Source: a virus (Duplodnaviria > Caudoviricetes). Taken from it: a stretch of DNA of 58,844 nt. Below the pieces are notes generated by a model. It was not told the origin of the DNA, did no database searches, and saw only the letters and a program-made list of their open reading frames with translations. The DNA lies in IMG/VR virus record IMGVR_UViG_3300031463_000546, positions 1 through 58,844 of that record. The stretch is one strand, 5' to 3'. Numbering within the stretch: the stretch's first letter is position 1; each line of letters starts with the position of its first letter. This document shows, in pieces, positions 17,365-27,673 of the stretch. The translations under genes and the position numbers were made by a program.

Positions 17365-17824
17365 ACCCATCGTGGTGATCGATACGCGAGAACAGCGCCC
17401 GTATAGCTTTAGTGAGCATCGTGTGGGGGGTGTCGCGCATGCGGCGCTCCCCGCGGGGGATTACAGCCTTCAAGGCTACGAGACGCAGATCGCGGTCGAG
17501 CGGAAATCGCTGGACGACTATATCAGCACCATCATTCATGCGCAGGATCGCTTCGGGCGGGAACTGGCATTGCTGAAGACGTATCCGCGCGCCTGGATTG
17601 TGGTCGAGGCGTCGCTGGATGACATCCTGCAGGGACGGTACCAGTCGCGTGCTCACCCACAGTCACTGTTGGCATTAACGGCATCATTGATGACGACCAT
17701 CGGCATTCCGGTGCTCTTCGCCGCCGACCGGCCCAGCGCACCTGCGCTGGTGGAAGAACTGCTACTGCAATGGCATGAGCGACAGGAGAGGAGGATGCAT
17801 GAGCGCACCGGCGACCGCCCATGA
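17345..17824 (+). CDS. ERCC4-domain nuclease (possible resolvase)
   Basis: IDTREQ, GDYS, VERKSLDD. Confidence 0.9.
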   Translation: MDSRASKPIVVIDTREQRPYSFSEHRVGGVAHAALPAGDYSLQGYETQIAVERKSLDDYISTIIHAQDRFGRELALLKTYPRAWIVVEASLDDILQGRYQSRAHPQSLLALTASLMTTIGIPVLFAADRPSAPALVEELLLQWHERQERRMHERTGDRP

Positions 17825-20033
17825 GGAAGAAATCACCGTCCGCGGCGCCGTTGTCCATCTGTTCTACCAGTCGCCCACATTCACCACCGGCGTATTGAAA
17901 TCGCCCAGCAATGGCAAAGTGAAATTCTCCGGGAAGTTCATGGTGTCAGAAGGTGACGAGGTGAGTCTGGTCGGGCACTGGGCACAGCATCCGAAATACG
18001 GACTCCAGTTTTCTGCCGTGGGGTTGCGGCAGGAGTTGCCCATCGACGCGGAGGGATTGGCGCAGTACCTGGCGACCGAGACGGCCTTTCGCGGCATCGG
18101 CCCGGAGAAAGCGCGGCGCATCGCGGAAACTTTCGGCGACACGTTCGATTACGTCATTCGTGAGGAGCCATGGCGGGTGGCACAGGTAGCACATCTCCCT
18201 GCGAAGACGCTGGAAGCGTTGCGCACGGCTTGGATGCAGCGCGCGGAGGTGAACGCGTTGAGCGCCTGGCTGGGGGCTTTCGGTCTGACACATCGGCAAA
18301 TCACCAGGCTGGTTGAGGAGTTGGGGCACAATGCCAAAGCCCTCCTGCAGGATAACCCGTATGAGCTGTGCCGCCTGCTGCCGGGACTGGGCTTTGCCCG
18401 CGTCGATGAGATGGCGCAGAAACTCGGGGTGGTGAAAGAGCATCCCGCCCGCATGGCGGCGGTGTTTCGTCATCTGCTGATGAAGGCCGAACAGGACGGG
18501 CATTGCTGGGTGGAAGAGAACGTGCTGCTCTACGAAGCGTTTAAAACGCTCTGCCTGGATTCGCTGCAGGCGCGGGTCATCATCAGCGAGCAACTGGATC
18601 GTGAAGTGGAGGCCGGTCGGCTGTTCCGCTATGACGGGGGCGGGCGCGATGTCGTCGCGCTGCCGACCCTGGCACATCGCGAATTGGCAATCATCCGGCA
18701 ATTGCTGGCCAGTGTCACGGATGAAGGCGCACCGCCACCGGCATGGGAGATACTCCTGGACCGGGAAGCGTCAGATTTGCATCCGACACAGCGACAGGCC
18801 GCGCTGATGGCCTTGCGCCATCGGATCTCCGTCATCGCCGGGGCAGCAGGCAGCGGTAAGTCCTATACCATTGCAGCCATCCACCGGGTGCTGTCGCAGG
18901 TGGTCGATGATGTGGCCCTTGCCACGCCCACCGGCAAGGCGGCGAAACGGTTGGAGCAGCTCTGTGGCACCGAGGCGAAAACCTTGCATCGGTTGCTTGA
19001 ATACAACACGATCACCTGGGGACGCAGTCACGATGCCCCGCTGGAGCAGGACGTGGTGATCGTTGATGAGGTGAGCATGTGCGATGTGCATCTGATGTGG
19101 CGCCTGCTCGATGCCATCGATCTCACGCGCACCAGGCTCATTCTCGTCGGTGATCCGAATCAGTTGCCGCCGGTGGGCCCGGGCAATCTCCTGCGCGATC
19201 TGCTCCAGCGCCGAGTCGTGCCGACGGTGGTGCTCGATCAGGTCGTCCGACAAGCCGGCACGCTCAAGGACAACTGCACGGCGATCCTGCGCGGCGAGGT
19301 GCGGGCGACCGCGGATGGCACGAACGGCGTGTTGCGCCCCTGGTATCTCATCGACGATTGCCGGGGTGAAGAGGCGGTGCTGGAGACACTGGAAGCGATC
19401 ATGCGGGATGTCGTACCCCGCTTGGGCCTCAATCCGGTGCGGGACGTGCAGGTGCTCACCCCAACCAACAAGGGGCCACTCGGCACGCGTGCCTTAAATG
19501 TCCTGCTGCAGCGTGTGTTGCAGGAGCAACTGTATGGCATTCGCGTGCCGCCGACCCCAGAGCATCGCCGCCCGGAGTTCTACCTCGGCGACAAGATCAT
19601 GCAGGTGCGCAACAACTATGGCCTGGAGGTCATGAACGGCGCCATCGGCGTGGTCAAGGATATTGTGTTCGAGGAAGAGCGACCTGGCCAGACGGTCGAG
19701 AAGCTCGTCCTCGATTTTGACGGTCATGTCATCACCATCCCCCGGCTCTCCGAGGCGGCGGATGATGTGATGCTGGCCTACGCCTCGACGGTGCATAAAT
19801 GCCAGGGATCGGAATTCCCGGTCGTCATCGCCATTGTGCATCGCGGGCAGTCGTTCATGCTGAACCGCAACTTGCTCTATACCGCGGTCACCCGCGCGCG
19901 CACCTCGGCCATCCTGCTGGGGGACGCGGTCGGCGTGCGCCGCGCCATCGATAAACGCGACGTGGATCATCGAAAGACCTTCCTGGGGTTGGTCGATCTG
20001 GAGGCCATGCGTCGGGAAGGAGACCAGGGATGA
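17799..20033 (+). CDS. recD2: RecD2-like SF1B helicase
   Basis: HhH GIGP, NPY.L, GAAGSGKS, PTGKAAKRL, VDEVSM, GDPNQLPPVG, AYASTVHKCQGSEF, YTAVTRAR. Confidence 0.92.
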   Translation: MSAPATAHEEEITVRGAVVHLFYQSPTFTTGVLKSPSNGKVKFSGKFMVSEGDEVSLVGHWAQHPKYGLQFSAVGLRQELPIDAEGLAQYLATETAFRGIGPEKARRIAETFGDTFDYVIREEPWRVAQVAHLPAKTLEALRTAWMQRAEVNALSAWLGAFGLTHRQITRLVEELGHNAKALLQDNPYELCRLLPGLGFARVDEMAQKLGVVKEHPARMAAVFRHLLMKAEQDGHCWVEENVLLYEAFKTLCLDSLQARVIISEQLDREVEAGRLFRYDGGGRDVVALPTLAHRELAIIRQLLASVTDEGAPPPAWEILLDREASDLHPTQRQAALMALRHRISVIAGAAGSGKSYTIAAIHRVLSQVVDDVALATPTGKAAKRLEQLCGTEAKTLHRLLEYNTITWGRSHDAPLEQDVVIVDEVSMCDVHLMWRLLDAIDLTRTRLILVGDPNQLPPVGPGNLLRDLLQRRVVPTVVLDQVVRQAGTLKDNCTAILRGEVRATADGTNGVLRPWYLIDDCRGEEAVLETLEAIMRDVVPRLGLNPVRDVQVLTPTNKGPLGTRALNVLLQRVLQEQLYGIRVPPTPEHRRPEFYLGDKIMQVRNNYGLEVMNGAIGVVKDIVFEEERPGQTVEKLVLDFDGHVITIPRLSEAADDVMLAYASTVHKCQGSEFPVVIAIVHRGQSFMLNRNLLYTAVTRARTSAILLGDAVGVRRAIDKRDVDHRKTFLGLVDLEAMRREGDQG

Positions 20034-20359
20034 CGGACGTGTATTATATTGCCTTCATTGTGGAGCGTGACATCACCGCGGGACGAGATGTGGTGGTGGA
20101 AGCCGGTGTTGATTTACTGGCCGGCCCATTTCCTACGCTACAGGATGCCGCAGCAGCGATGCGCGAGACATGTGTGCGACACCCCACACTCTCGGCGTTC
20201 GCCGCGCTGGCCGCCTGCATCTCGGTGCAGGGACAACGCCGACCATCCGCCTGCATCAGCATTATCCCCGTGCGGCAGGACCACTGCGTCCGCTATAACG
20301 CACGGCATGCCGCGGCACTGCCGTGGCCTCCGCCACCCATTTCGGCGCGGGCGGCATAA
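20030..20359 (+). CDS. Hypothetical protein
   Basis: ATGA overlap with helicase; fills gap. Confidence 0.45.
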   Translation: MTDVYYIAFIVERDITAGRDVVVEAGVDLLAGPFPTLQDAAAAMRETCVRHPTLSAFAALAACISVQGQRRPSACISIIPVRQDHCVRYNARHAAALPWPPPPISARAA

Positions 20360-20387
20360 CACCCATCGCAATAAGACAGGAGAAATT

Positions 20388-23300
20388 ATGACAACACTTT
20401 CGCAGGAGGTGCGGGCGTATTATGCCCAGATCACCTCCGCCGATATCGGAACGGTCGCCCGCATCGTGATGGGCGACCATATCACGGGAGAGTCAGGGGA
20501 TACGATCTTCTGCAATTGCCCGATGCATGCTTCGATCAGCGGTAAATCCCTGCACATTGAACTGGAGAAGCAACTCTGGCGCTGTTGGGGATGCGGCATC
20601 AGCGGTGATGTGCTGCAACTCGTGGAACTCGCACGACATGGCGTGGTCACCAGTGGCGTGGCCGGCCAGATGACGGAAACCCATCGCGATGCTCGCGACT
20701 GGCTCGCGGAGCATCTTGGCTTGCCCAAGCTGGCCCATCTGGGGCTCTCCGATGACGAGATCGCCGTGTTGGAAGCACGGCAAGTGACACTACACAAAGC
20801 GCGAGCGGTGTTGACGCAGGCTGCCGCCTGGTACCACGAGCAGTTGCTGGCGCATCCCGAGGTGGTGGCGTGGCTACAGGAGCAATACGCCTTTACCCCT
20901 GAAGTGCTGGAGCGCTTCACCATCGGATACGCCGGCGTCAGCGGGTTGCGCGATCATCTCTACGCGCAAGGCTTCACGACAGAGGAGGTATTGGCCAGCG
21001 GGCTGTTCATGCCTAATGAGACCGGTGACGAGTCGAAGGTGGTGCCGTTCTTCAATCAACGGGTGATGTTTCCGTATTTCGCACAAGGGAAGGCTGCATA
21101 TTTCATCGGGCGTGCCACCCCCTGGACGCCGAAGGATGAATGGGAACTCGGAAGAAAATACAAAAAGCTCTTCACCCATGATCCAAAGAAACGGCCATGG
21201 ATCGCTGCCGGCATTGAGAACGATCGGCTCTACCACGAAGATGCGCTATTGCGCCGCCCGGAGCAGGTCATCATCACGGAAGGCATCACCGATTGTATAA
21301 CGCTGATCGCGCATGGCTTCGTCAGCATCAGTCCGGTGACGATTACCATTCGCCATGAAGATTGGGTGCGCATCATCCCAAAGCTTCGTGGGGTAAAAGA
21401 AGTCATTATCTGTCAGGACAACGAATTGTCCGGTGCCGGCTGGAAAGGCGCACTGGGTACGGCCAAACAATTGGAAGCGGCGGGGATCGCCTGTCGCATC
21501 GCCGAGTTGCCGCTCGATGCGACCCAGCGGGAGGCACGCACCCAGTTGCACGCACGCTTCGGCGTCACCGATGCCGTGGGACAGAAGGCGTTGGCGAATT
21601 CACTGACGAATCGGCCCGAGGAGGAACGGGTGGAGGCCCAGCGGTTGCTGGAAGCCGCGAAGGTCGATGTCTGCTCGTATTTTGTCGCCGGCCACACCGC
21701 TGAAGAATTCAGCGCGATCCTGCAGGATGCACGCTCACCATTGGAATGCGCCATCGACACCCTCACACCAGAGATGCCGGCGCGAGAACGGGATGACGCA
21801 CTGACCATGATCTTCCGGCAAGTCGCCACCCGTCCGGTCGTGGAACACACTCGCTTACTGCAGGCGATCCGCCAGCGTCTGGGCAAAGCGGCGGTGGGCA
21901 TGGGGGAATTGCGCACCGTGCTCAAAGATGCTCAGCGTACGAGCCGTGAGGAACATCGTGCACAGGCACAAGCCACGACGGACGAGACGCCGGTCTATAC
22001 CGATGGACGCCGGTCGTATTACCTGGTAGACAACGGCATCGTGCGCGAGCGCAGCCGGGAGACGGCACAGGGACCGGTCTCGACTCGCGAAATCCTCTCC
22101 AACTTCCATATCAAGATTCACCGGGAGCGCATCACGGAAGCGAAAGAACCCAACCCGGATGGCAGCGTAGCGCTGCGCACCCTCCTCTATGGTGAGATCA
22201 TCGGCAAGGATTGGACGAAGCCCCTGCAGGTGGAAGCGGATCATTGGGGATCGAATGCGCGGCTGGCCAGCCAGATCACCGGCAGTTGTGGCCCCCGCGC
22301 CATCTTTGCCACCGGAGAACTGGATGAAGTGCGCATGGTGTCCTCGGCGTTGTCCGGCGCCTTCGAGTGCGATACGCTGAGCAACTTCTTCGGCTATCAC
22401 CCGAACGGCGGCTTCCTGACACCGCTCCTGAGTATTCGCGATGGCGAGATCCGTGAGAATGCCGATCTGGGCGTCCACGTCGAGATGGATGCCGAGTATA
22501 CCATCGCACGCATGCTGGAGTTGGCCCCGGCGTCCGTGGATGAGGTGCGGGAGTTGGTGACGCACCTGCTGACGGATTTCCTGCACATCTGCCCGCTTGA
22601 TGTCATGTTGCCGTTGCTGTCGCATGCCTTCCTGGGACCGGTACTCTTCAGCGGGCCATTACTGGATCAGGGGTTCATGCCGTTCACCCTCTTCATCAAC
22701 GGCTCCTCAGGGAAAGGCAAAACGGAAACGTCCTTACTGGCGCAGTGTCTCTGGGGCCGCTTCTTCACGAAAGAAAAGATGGGCGCCTTTGGCTCGACCC
22801 CGGAGAGCAACCGGCAGGAGGCCGCGCGCAATCGCGGCGGACTGTGGTTCATGGATGACTTCCGCCGGCAGAAACTCGGCACCCAGTATCCCAATGCCGT
22901 GCGCATCCTGTGTGACTACGCCGACTTGCAAGCGCGCCGGCGAGCGACTCCCGGCTCGAAGATGATCGTCTCGCATCCGGCGAAATGCATGCTCATCGTC
23001 AACGGGGAAGATTTGCCGTACAGCGAGCCGGCAGTCATTGCTCGCATGCTCATTGTCGATTATCACCGGTATGACGATACCGTCCGCTTTATGCGCTGCA
23101 AGGACATGGCGCATCAGTATCGCAAGGTGCCGGCGCATTTCATCGCCTGGTGGCAACGGCAGGACCCGGTGTATTGGATCAGCCGCGCGAACGCGGCACG
23201 CAACAGCTTCCAAGCCTTCCTGGTCAGCGAAGGGTTGAATGGCGACAACTCGACCCGCCTGGCTTCGAATGCGGCGCTGTCGCTCATCGGCCTGGAAGCC

Positions 23301-23831
23301 TTCCGAGATTTCGTCTACAGCCTCGATCTGGACCCAGATGCGTTGGCGGGCTGTGATCTCTGCGTCGAGCACACCACGGTCCTGCAGGACATGCTGCGCC
23401 GCATGAGTCGTCTGGTGACGGACGTGCGACCCGCCGATATCTTCATCCACACGCTGATGCAGTTGCTGGCGGCGGGACGTGTGCGTCTACTCGATGGCTA
23501 TCAGGATGATCCGCGAGACACCAATATCAAAGTCGTCGGTCATTACCGACGCGACATCGGCATGGTGTATCTCTATCCCACCATCGCCACTGGCGAGGTG
23601 CGTGAGGCCTATCGCCGGGGTGAGGAACATAACCTCAACTGGGAGACGATGACCATCGGCAAGCAACTGGTGGAAGACGGATACCTTGTCGAGGAGGATG
23701 CGACCTGCCGGCAACGCAAAGCGCGGGTGCCGGGTGCTGGCCGTGCCGAGAACCCACGTCGCGTCTGGCGGTTGAAGCTCGCCAAATTCGAAGAGCAGCT
23801 CCGGCAGTATCAGCAGGGGCACGACGAGTAG
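20388..23831 (+). CDS. DnaG-type primase fused to P-loop helicase-like domain
   Basis: CPMH...CWGC Zn finger; TOPRIM ITEG..D and QDNE; GSSGKGKT Walker A, FMDD Walker B; AGGAG RBS. Confidence 0.88.
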   Translation: MTTLSQEVRAYYAQITSADIGTVARIVMGDHITGESGDTIFCNCPMHASISGKSLHIELEKQLWRCWGCGISGDVLQLVELARHGVVTSGVAGQMTETHRDARDWLAEHLGLPKLAHLGLSDDEIAVLEARQVTLHKARAVLTQAAAWYHEQLLAHPEVVAWLQEQYAFTPEVLERFTIGYAGVSGLRDHLYAQGFTTEEVLASGLFMPNETGDESKVVPFFNQRVMFPYFAQGKAAYFIGRATPWTPKDEWELGRKYKKLFTHDPKKRPWIAAGIENDRLYHEDALLRRPEQVIITEGITDCITLIAHGFVSISPVTITIRHEDWVRIIPKLRGVKEVIICQDNELSGAGWKGALGTAKQLEAAGIACRIAELPLDATQREARTQLHARFGVTDAVGQKALANSLTNRPEEERVEAQRLLEAAKVDVCSYFVAGHTAEEFSAILQDARSPLECAIDTLTPEMPARERDDALTMIFRQVATRPVVEHTRLLQAIRQRLGKAAVGMGELRTVLKDAQRTSREEHRAQAQATTDETPVYTDGRRSYYLVDNGIVRERSRETAQGPVSTREILSNFHIKIHRERITEAKEPNPDGSVALRTLLYGEIIGKDWTKPLQVEADHWGSNARLASQITGSCGPRAIFATGELDEVRMVSSALSGAFECDTLSNFFGYHPNGGFLTPLLSIRDGEIRENADLGVHVEMDAEYTIARMLELAPASVDEVRELVTHLLTDFLHICPLDVMLPLLSHAFLGPVLFSGPLLDQGFMPFTLFINGSSGKGKTETSLLAQCLWGRFFTKEKMGAFGSTPESNRQEAARNRGGLWFMDDFRRQKLGTQYPNAVRILCDYADLQARRRATPGSKMIVSHPAKCMLIVNGEDLPYSEPAVIARMLIVDYHRYDDTVRFMRCKDMAHQYRKVPAHFIAWWQRQDPVYWISRANAARNSFQAFLVSEGLNGDNSTRLASNAALSLIGLEAFRDFVYSLDLDPDALAGCDLCVEHTTVLQDMLRRMSRLVTDVRPADIFIHTLMQLLAAGRVRLLDGYQDDPRDTNIKVVGHYRRDIGMVYLYPTIATGEVREAYRRGEEHNLNWETMTIGKQLVEDGYLVEEDATCRQRKARVPGAGRAENPRRVWRLKLAKFEEQLRQYQQGHDE

Positions 23832-24147
23832 TCTTGCCAACGTGACCTATGGCCACGGGGGGATGGATGGCACATATCTGAATCCCGTGGCCAGTCCGGC
23901 AGCTCGACCGCGCGACCGGTCCTGCTGCTGTTGCCGCTCGCCTCCTACATATGCGCCATCGCGAAAGAGAGACCAATACCCCCTCACAGGATGAAGCAGA
24001 AAGATTTCTCGCGCTCTTCGTAATTTCCTCAGGCTCATGCGTATAGGGATGCATGATGGGGCTTCGGCATGCGTCGGAGCCAGTACTGAGGAAAGGAGCG
24101 GACGTGTCCCGTGCGATCAGCCATATAGCACTATCTACATGATAGGC

Positions 24148-24287
24148 GTGAAAAAAAGAAAAAGTTCCTGCTCTCTGCTCAACCCTTTTATATTACGTGA
24201 CGTAACCCCCCTACCTCCCCTAGTCCGTAAAGAGAGAAGAGAGAGAAGAGAGAGTCTTCCTCTTAATAGAAATTTTCTTTTTTTCAC
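24148..24287. repeat. AT-rich region bracketed by 15-bp inverted repeat, with AG repeats (candidate origin)
   Basis: GTGAAAAAAAGAAAA 24148-24162 / TTTTCTTTTTTTCAC 24273-24287; TTACGTGACGTAA dyad; AGAGAGAAG-type repeats at 24231-24254. Confidence 0.6.
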
Positions 24288-24347
24288 ACGCTATACGAGG
24301 CTGTAGTGATTTATACGCGGGAAAGCCACACGCTCCAGGAGCGCTGT

Positions 24348-25454
24348 ATGACAACAGGCTGCCTATTTGAAGAATTCCTTCCAACATCGATCATGCCCGA
24401 ACCAGTGGCATCATCGGTGCCAGCCGCGCCTGCCATGCCAGCGCCGTTCTATGCGACCGATCTCAATCGGCTTGATGGTTCAGTATCACTGGAAGACGAC
24501 GATCTCACTCAGGATGGCAAATGCTATCGGCGTCTTTCCCCGGAGTATTACGCCTGGCTGCGCGCCCAAATGGAAGTGGCGCGTGAACGGCATGCGCGTG
24601 GGCTCTTGCCCGATGTCCATTACCAGGCGCTGCGCGACCGCTTTAACGCCATGCACGATGCGGCTATTTCCTGTTTCGGGGAAGCTGCGTTATTACAAGC
24701 CATCGAGCATGGGAATGTCACGGCGTATACGCCACCGAGCGTGCGCATCAGTCGCGCGGCCTCTGTGCTCTTCAGCGATGTCGAAGGTCGTGAGCGCTGG
24801 ATGCCAGAGGAGTCGAGGGTCGAGTGCCCGATGCCGGTTCCGACGGTACCGCAGGCACCACCAGCCGTCACCATGCCCGCACCACAGACTCGACGCTTCG
24901 TGCAATCCTGCGCCGGCGACTGGTCAGGCTGGATCGTCACCGAGCATCCCGCGGATGAGTGGTTCCCCAATGGCTGGGCCGATATCGTCACCACCGATGG
25001 GCAACCGGGACAAGTCGATCTGCGCTACCTGCTCGATGCTCATGGGACACCGCTGGTCGAGTCACCACGGTATACGCCGTATGAACTTCGGGCGATGGAG
25101 TTGGCGCGGAACGAACGCCCGGAAGACTTTGACGATCTGGTCGCCTCGCTGCCCATCCTGTCCTATTCCATTCCCGGTGACTGGCGCTTCGAGGAATCAC
25201 CATCGTTCGATGATTTCCTGAAGGTCAACGACATCCGTGATGATGCTCATGTACTCGGTTGGACAGATGCCGATCTCTTTCAGACCAGCGGTAATCTGAA
25301 ATTTCCCTATGGTCAGGATTACGGTCTCGTCTGTTTCATCCATGGGCGCACCGCAGGCGAAATCACTGCCGACGCGATTACCCTGGTGCCAGAGAAATCC
25401 TGCGGCGCGGTCTTAACGTTTCAGCGTCCTCACCGGGCTGCGAAGGAGGCATGA
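24348..25454 (+). CDS. Hypothetical phage protein
   Basis: AGGAG RBS; ~368 aa; coupled to next gene. Confidence 0.7.
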   Translation: MTTGCLFEEFLPTSIMPEPVASSVPAAPAMPAPFYATDLNRLDGSVSLEDDDLTQDGKCYRRLSPEYYAWLRAQMEVARERHARGLLPDVHYQALRDRFNAMHDAAISCFGEAALLQAIEHGNVTAYTPPSVRISRAASVLFSDVEGRERWMPEESRVECPMPVPTVPQAPPAVTMPAPQTRRFVQSCAGDWSGWIVTEHPADEWFPNGWADIVTTDGQPGQVDLRYLLDAHGTPLVESPRYTPYELRAMELARNERPEDFDDLVASLPILSYSIPGDWRFEESPSFDDFLKVNDIRDDAHVLGWTDADLFQTSGNLKFPYGQDYGLVCFIHGRTAGEITADAITLVPEKSCGAVLTFQRPHRAAKEA

Positions 25455-25834
25455 CCATGGGACGCTCCGTGAAGCGCTATCAGAATGCCGCCAAACTCCT
25501 GCCAAAGGCACTGCTCCAGGAACTCCAGCACTATGCCGCCGGCAAGATGCTCTACGTCCCGTATCCCATTTCGCGTCGGGATTTTAATCGGCTGAAAGTG
25601 TTGGACTTACGCACGCAAGGCTATTCCCTGAACCAGATCGCCTTTCGCACGGGCATGACCCGGCAAGGCGTCTGCCGGATACTGCGCCAGGACCGTCAAC
25701 GGGCGCTGGCCATCATGAACATGCTCTATGAAGGTCGCGAGGGTGAGCACGGCGATGAAGCGATCAATCGCGATTCTGGCGAAACGCCTCCCTCCCGCCA
25801 AACGGCTTCCTTCAAAAGCACGGAGAACGAATGA
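25451..25834 (+). CDS. Mor/CD3324-like transcription regulator (possible late activator)
   Basis: YQNAAKLLPKALLQELQHYAAGKMLYVP + HTH (GYSLNQIA). Confidence 0.72.
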   Translation: MTMGRSVKRYQNAAKLLPKALLQELQHYAAGKMLYVPYPISRRDFNRLKVLDLRTQGYSLNQIAFRTGMTRQGVCRILRQDRQRALAIMNMLYEGREGEHGDEAINRDSGETPPSRQTASFKSTENE

Positions 25835-26394
25835 CCCGCAAGACTCCTCCAAAACCGAAGACCATCGAGGCGTTGCCAACCGATGATGCCGAGCATGTTC
25901 GCACCTGGCAGCGTGCCACGGGCCGGAAGCCCGGTGATGAGACGAATGCGCCGCATCCGTATCGCGCTAAGCTGCAACACGGCATCTTTGCCAACCGCAT
26001 CTTTGGCGCCGAGGAGATGGCGTTGTTCACGGCGATGATCGACATCTTCCGCGAGGAGACGGCGTTCAACGGCAGCGGTGATATGGTGCAGTTGGAACTC
26101 TTCTGCATCTACTGCCTGAAGATCACGCGGGCGTTGATGGCCGAACAGTGGGATGCGGTCGAGCGGCTGGACCGGATGATCCGCTCCCACATGATGGACC
26201 TGAAACTGACGAGGAAGATGCGCGAGGGTGATGGGCCGGCAGACGGCACCCCCAGTCCGCTGGATTACGCCATGCAGTTGGTGGAGCGGGCACGGCAGCG
26301 ACAGCAGGAATTGGCTGGTACGGATGAGGTGTCTGCGAAAACGCCGGAAACATTGCAGAGAACATCCGACGATGAGAGTGAGGGTCACGCGTGA
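25831..26394 (+). CDS. Probable terminase small subunit
   Basis: KLQHGIFA motif, helical, upstream of TerL. Confidence 0.55.
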   Translation: MTRKTPPKPKTIEALPTDDAEHVRTWQRATGRKPGDETNAPHPYRAKLQHGIFANRIFGAEEMALFTAMIDIFREETAFNGSGDMVQLELFCIYCLKITRALMAEQWDAVERLDRMIRSHMMDLKLTRKMREGDGPADGTPSPLDYAMQLVERARQRQQELAGTDEVSAKTPETLQRTSDDESEGHA

Positions 26395-26614
26395 ATCGGC
26401 TGGTGTTTCCGAGAGAGATTGCAGAGAAGAACTGTTCTCCGCAATGTGGCGATGCCGGCTCCGGTGTTCCTGCTCGCAAGATGACAATGCCTGTCGCATG
26501 TATCATGGCCGAGATGTGTTCTTCTCCGGCATGTTCGTGGAGTGTCATGAGAGTGTCGAAGTCTGTCGGTGCCTGTCAGATGGGGTCATCAGATGGGAAC
26601 CGGATCGCCAGACG

Positions 26615-26663
26615 GATGACCGAAGATGACAGGCAGGGTCATTCGCTGTCATCTCCGGTCATC
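26615..26663. repeat. 18-bp inverted repeat (17/18) just downstream of tyrosine recombinase
   Basis: GATGACCGAAGATGACAG / CTGTCATCTCCGGTCATC with 13-nt spacer. Confidence 0.7.
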
Positions 26664-26675
26664 GCCGGTCAAGCA

Positions 26676-27560
26676 TCACAATCGCTCCAGCGCCTCTTCC
26701 AGCGTGCCGTCCACCAGGTGTGTGTAGATCTCGGTGGTGGCGATATTGCGATGGCCGAGGGCGCGCTGGACGACCAGCAAATCCCCGGTGCGGCTGTACA
26801 GCCGCGTGGCGAACGTGTGGCGCAAGCCGTGCGGCGAGATGGCCTTCTCGATGCCGGCTTCCTGGAGCCAGTGCTCAAAGCGATAGCCCACCTGCCGAGG
26901 CGACAAACGTGTTCCCCGCTGGCTGATGAACAGTGCCGGACAGGATTCTCCCTGCTTCCTGCGCCACTGGAGATAGGCACGCAGGACGCCACGCAGGTGT
27001 GTGTTCAGGAATTTGACCTGGGGCTGTCCGCCCTTCGCCCGGCGGATATGCAGGTGCTTCGCGTCCAGATTGACATCCTCGATGTCCAGCGCGACCAGCT
27101 CCTGCAGGCGGATGCCGGTGGCCAGGAAGGTCTCGATGAGCGCGCGGTCGCGTTTGGCGATCTCGCTGTGCCGACCGGTCAGGCATTTCACCAGGCGCCG
27201 CACTTCCGAGTCGGTGAGGAAGGCCGGTGGCGTGCGTGGTGCCCGCTGCAGATGGATGCCGAGTGCGGGATTCTCGGTGATGTGTCCCGTGTCGAGCGCC
27301 CAGGTGAAGAAGGCGCGGACGGCGGCACGGCCTCGATTGAGTGTGGCCGGCGCTTTCGGTGTTCCCGAGGGGCTGGTGGTTAGTGTGGGATCGGATAGGG
27401 TGGCGGTGAGTTTCGCCGCGGTGATGTCCGCGATGCCCATGTCACCCAGCCGGTTGAAGACGTGCTGCAGGTCATGGGTGTAGATGGCGACGGTTTTCTC
27501 CGACCGTCCCTGTGCCTGTTGGTGTGTGCAAAAGGCGTTGAGCGCCTGGTCGAGTGTCAT
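26676..27560 (-). CDS. XerC/D-family tyrosine recombinase
   Basis: TGIRLQEL, K in RRAKGG, HGLRHTFAT, LGH...TTEIY: complete R-K-H-R-H-Y set; AAGGAGG RBS. Confidence 0.93.
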   Translation of the reverse strand: MTLDQALNAFCTHQQAQGRSEKTVAIYTHDLQHVFNRLGDMGIADITAAKLTATLSDPTLTTSPSGTPKAPATLNRGRAAVRAFFTWALDTGHITENPALGIHLQRAPRTPPAFLTDSEVRRLVKCLTGRHSEIAKRDRALIETFLATGIRLQELVALDIEDVNLDAKHLHIRRAKGGQPQVKFLNTHLRGVLRAYLQWRRKQGESCPALFISQRGTRLSPRQVGYRFEHWLQEAGIEKAISPHGLRHTFATRLYSRTGDLLVVQRALGHRNIATTEIYTHLVDGTLEEALERL

Positions 27561-27581
27561 CGGTGAAGTCCTCCTTCTCCG

Positions 27582-27614
27582 CAATGAACGCTCGGAAGGC
27601 GCGATGGAGTCAAG
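27582..27614 (-). promoter_or_regulatory. Putative promoter motif CTTGACT-N14-GAGCGTTCATTG
   Basis: Similar to motifs at 1972-2004 and 55919-55952. Confidence 0.5.
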
Positions 27615-27673
27615 TCCGATGAGTCAGCAAATCGTGATGTGTGGAACGTGCGGCGAAGCAGCGGAGATGCGGC

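Noticed and set aside
20049-20387. N-terminal extension of the primase in the ORF track
   Set aside because: Arg/Pro-rich non-protein-like sequence; good RBS at ATG 20388
26391-27383. 330-aa plus-strand ORF after TerS
   Set aside because: Mostly antisense to the tyrosine recombinase, which has a complete catalytic set
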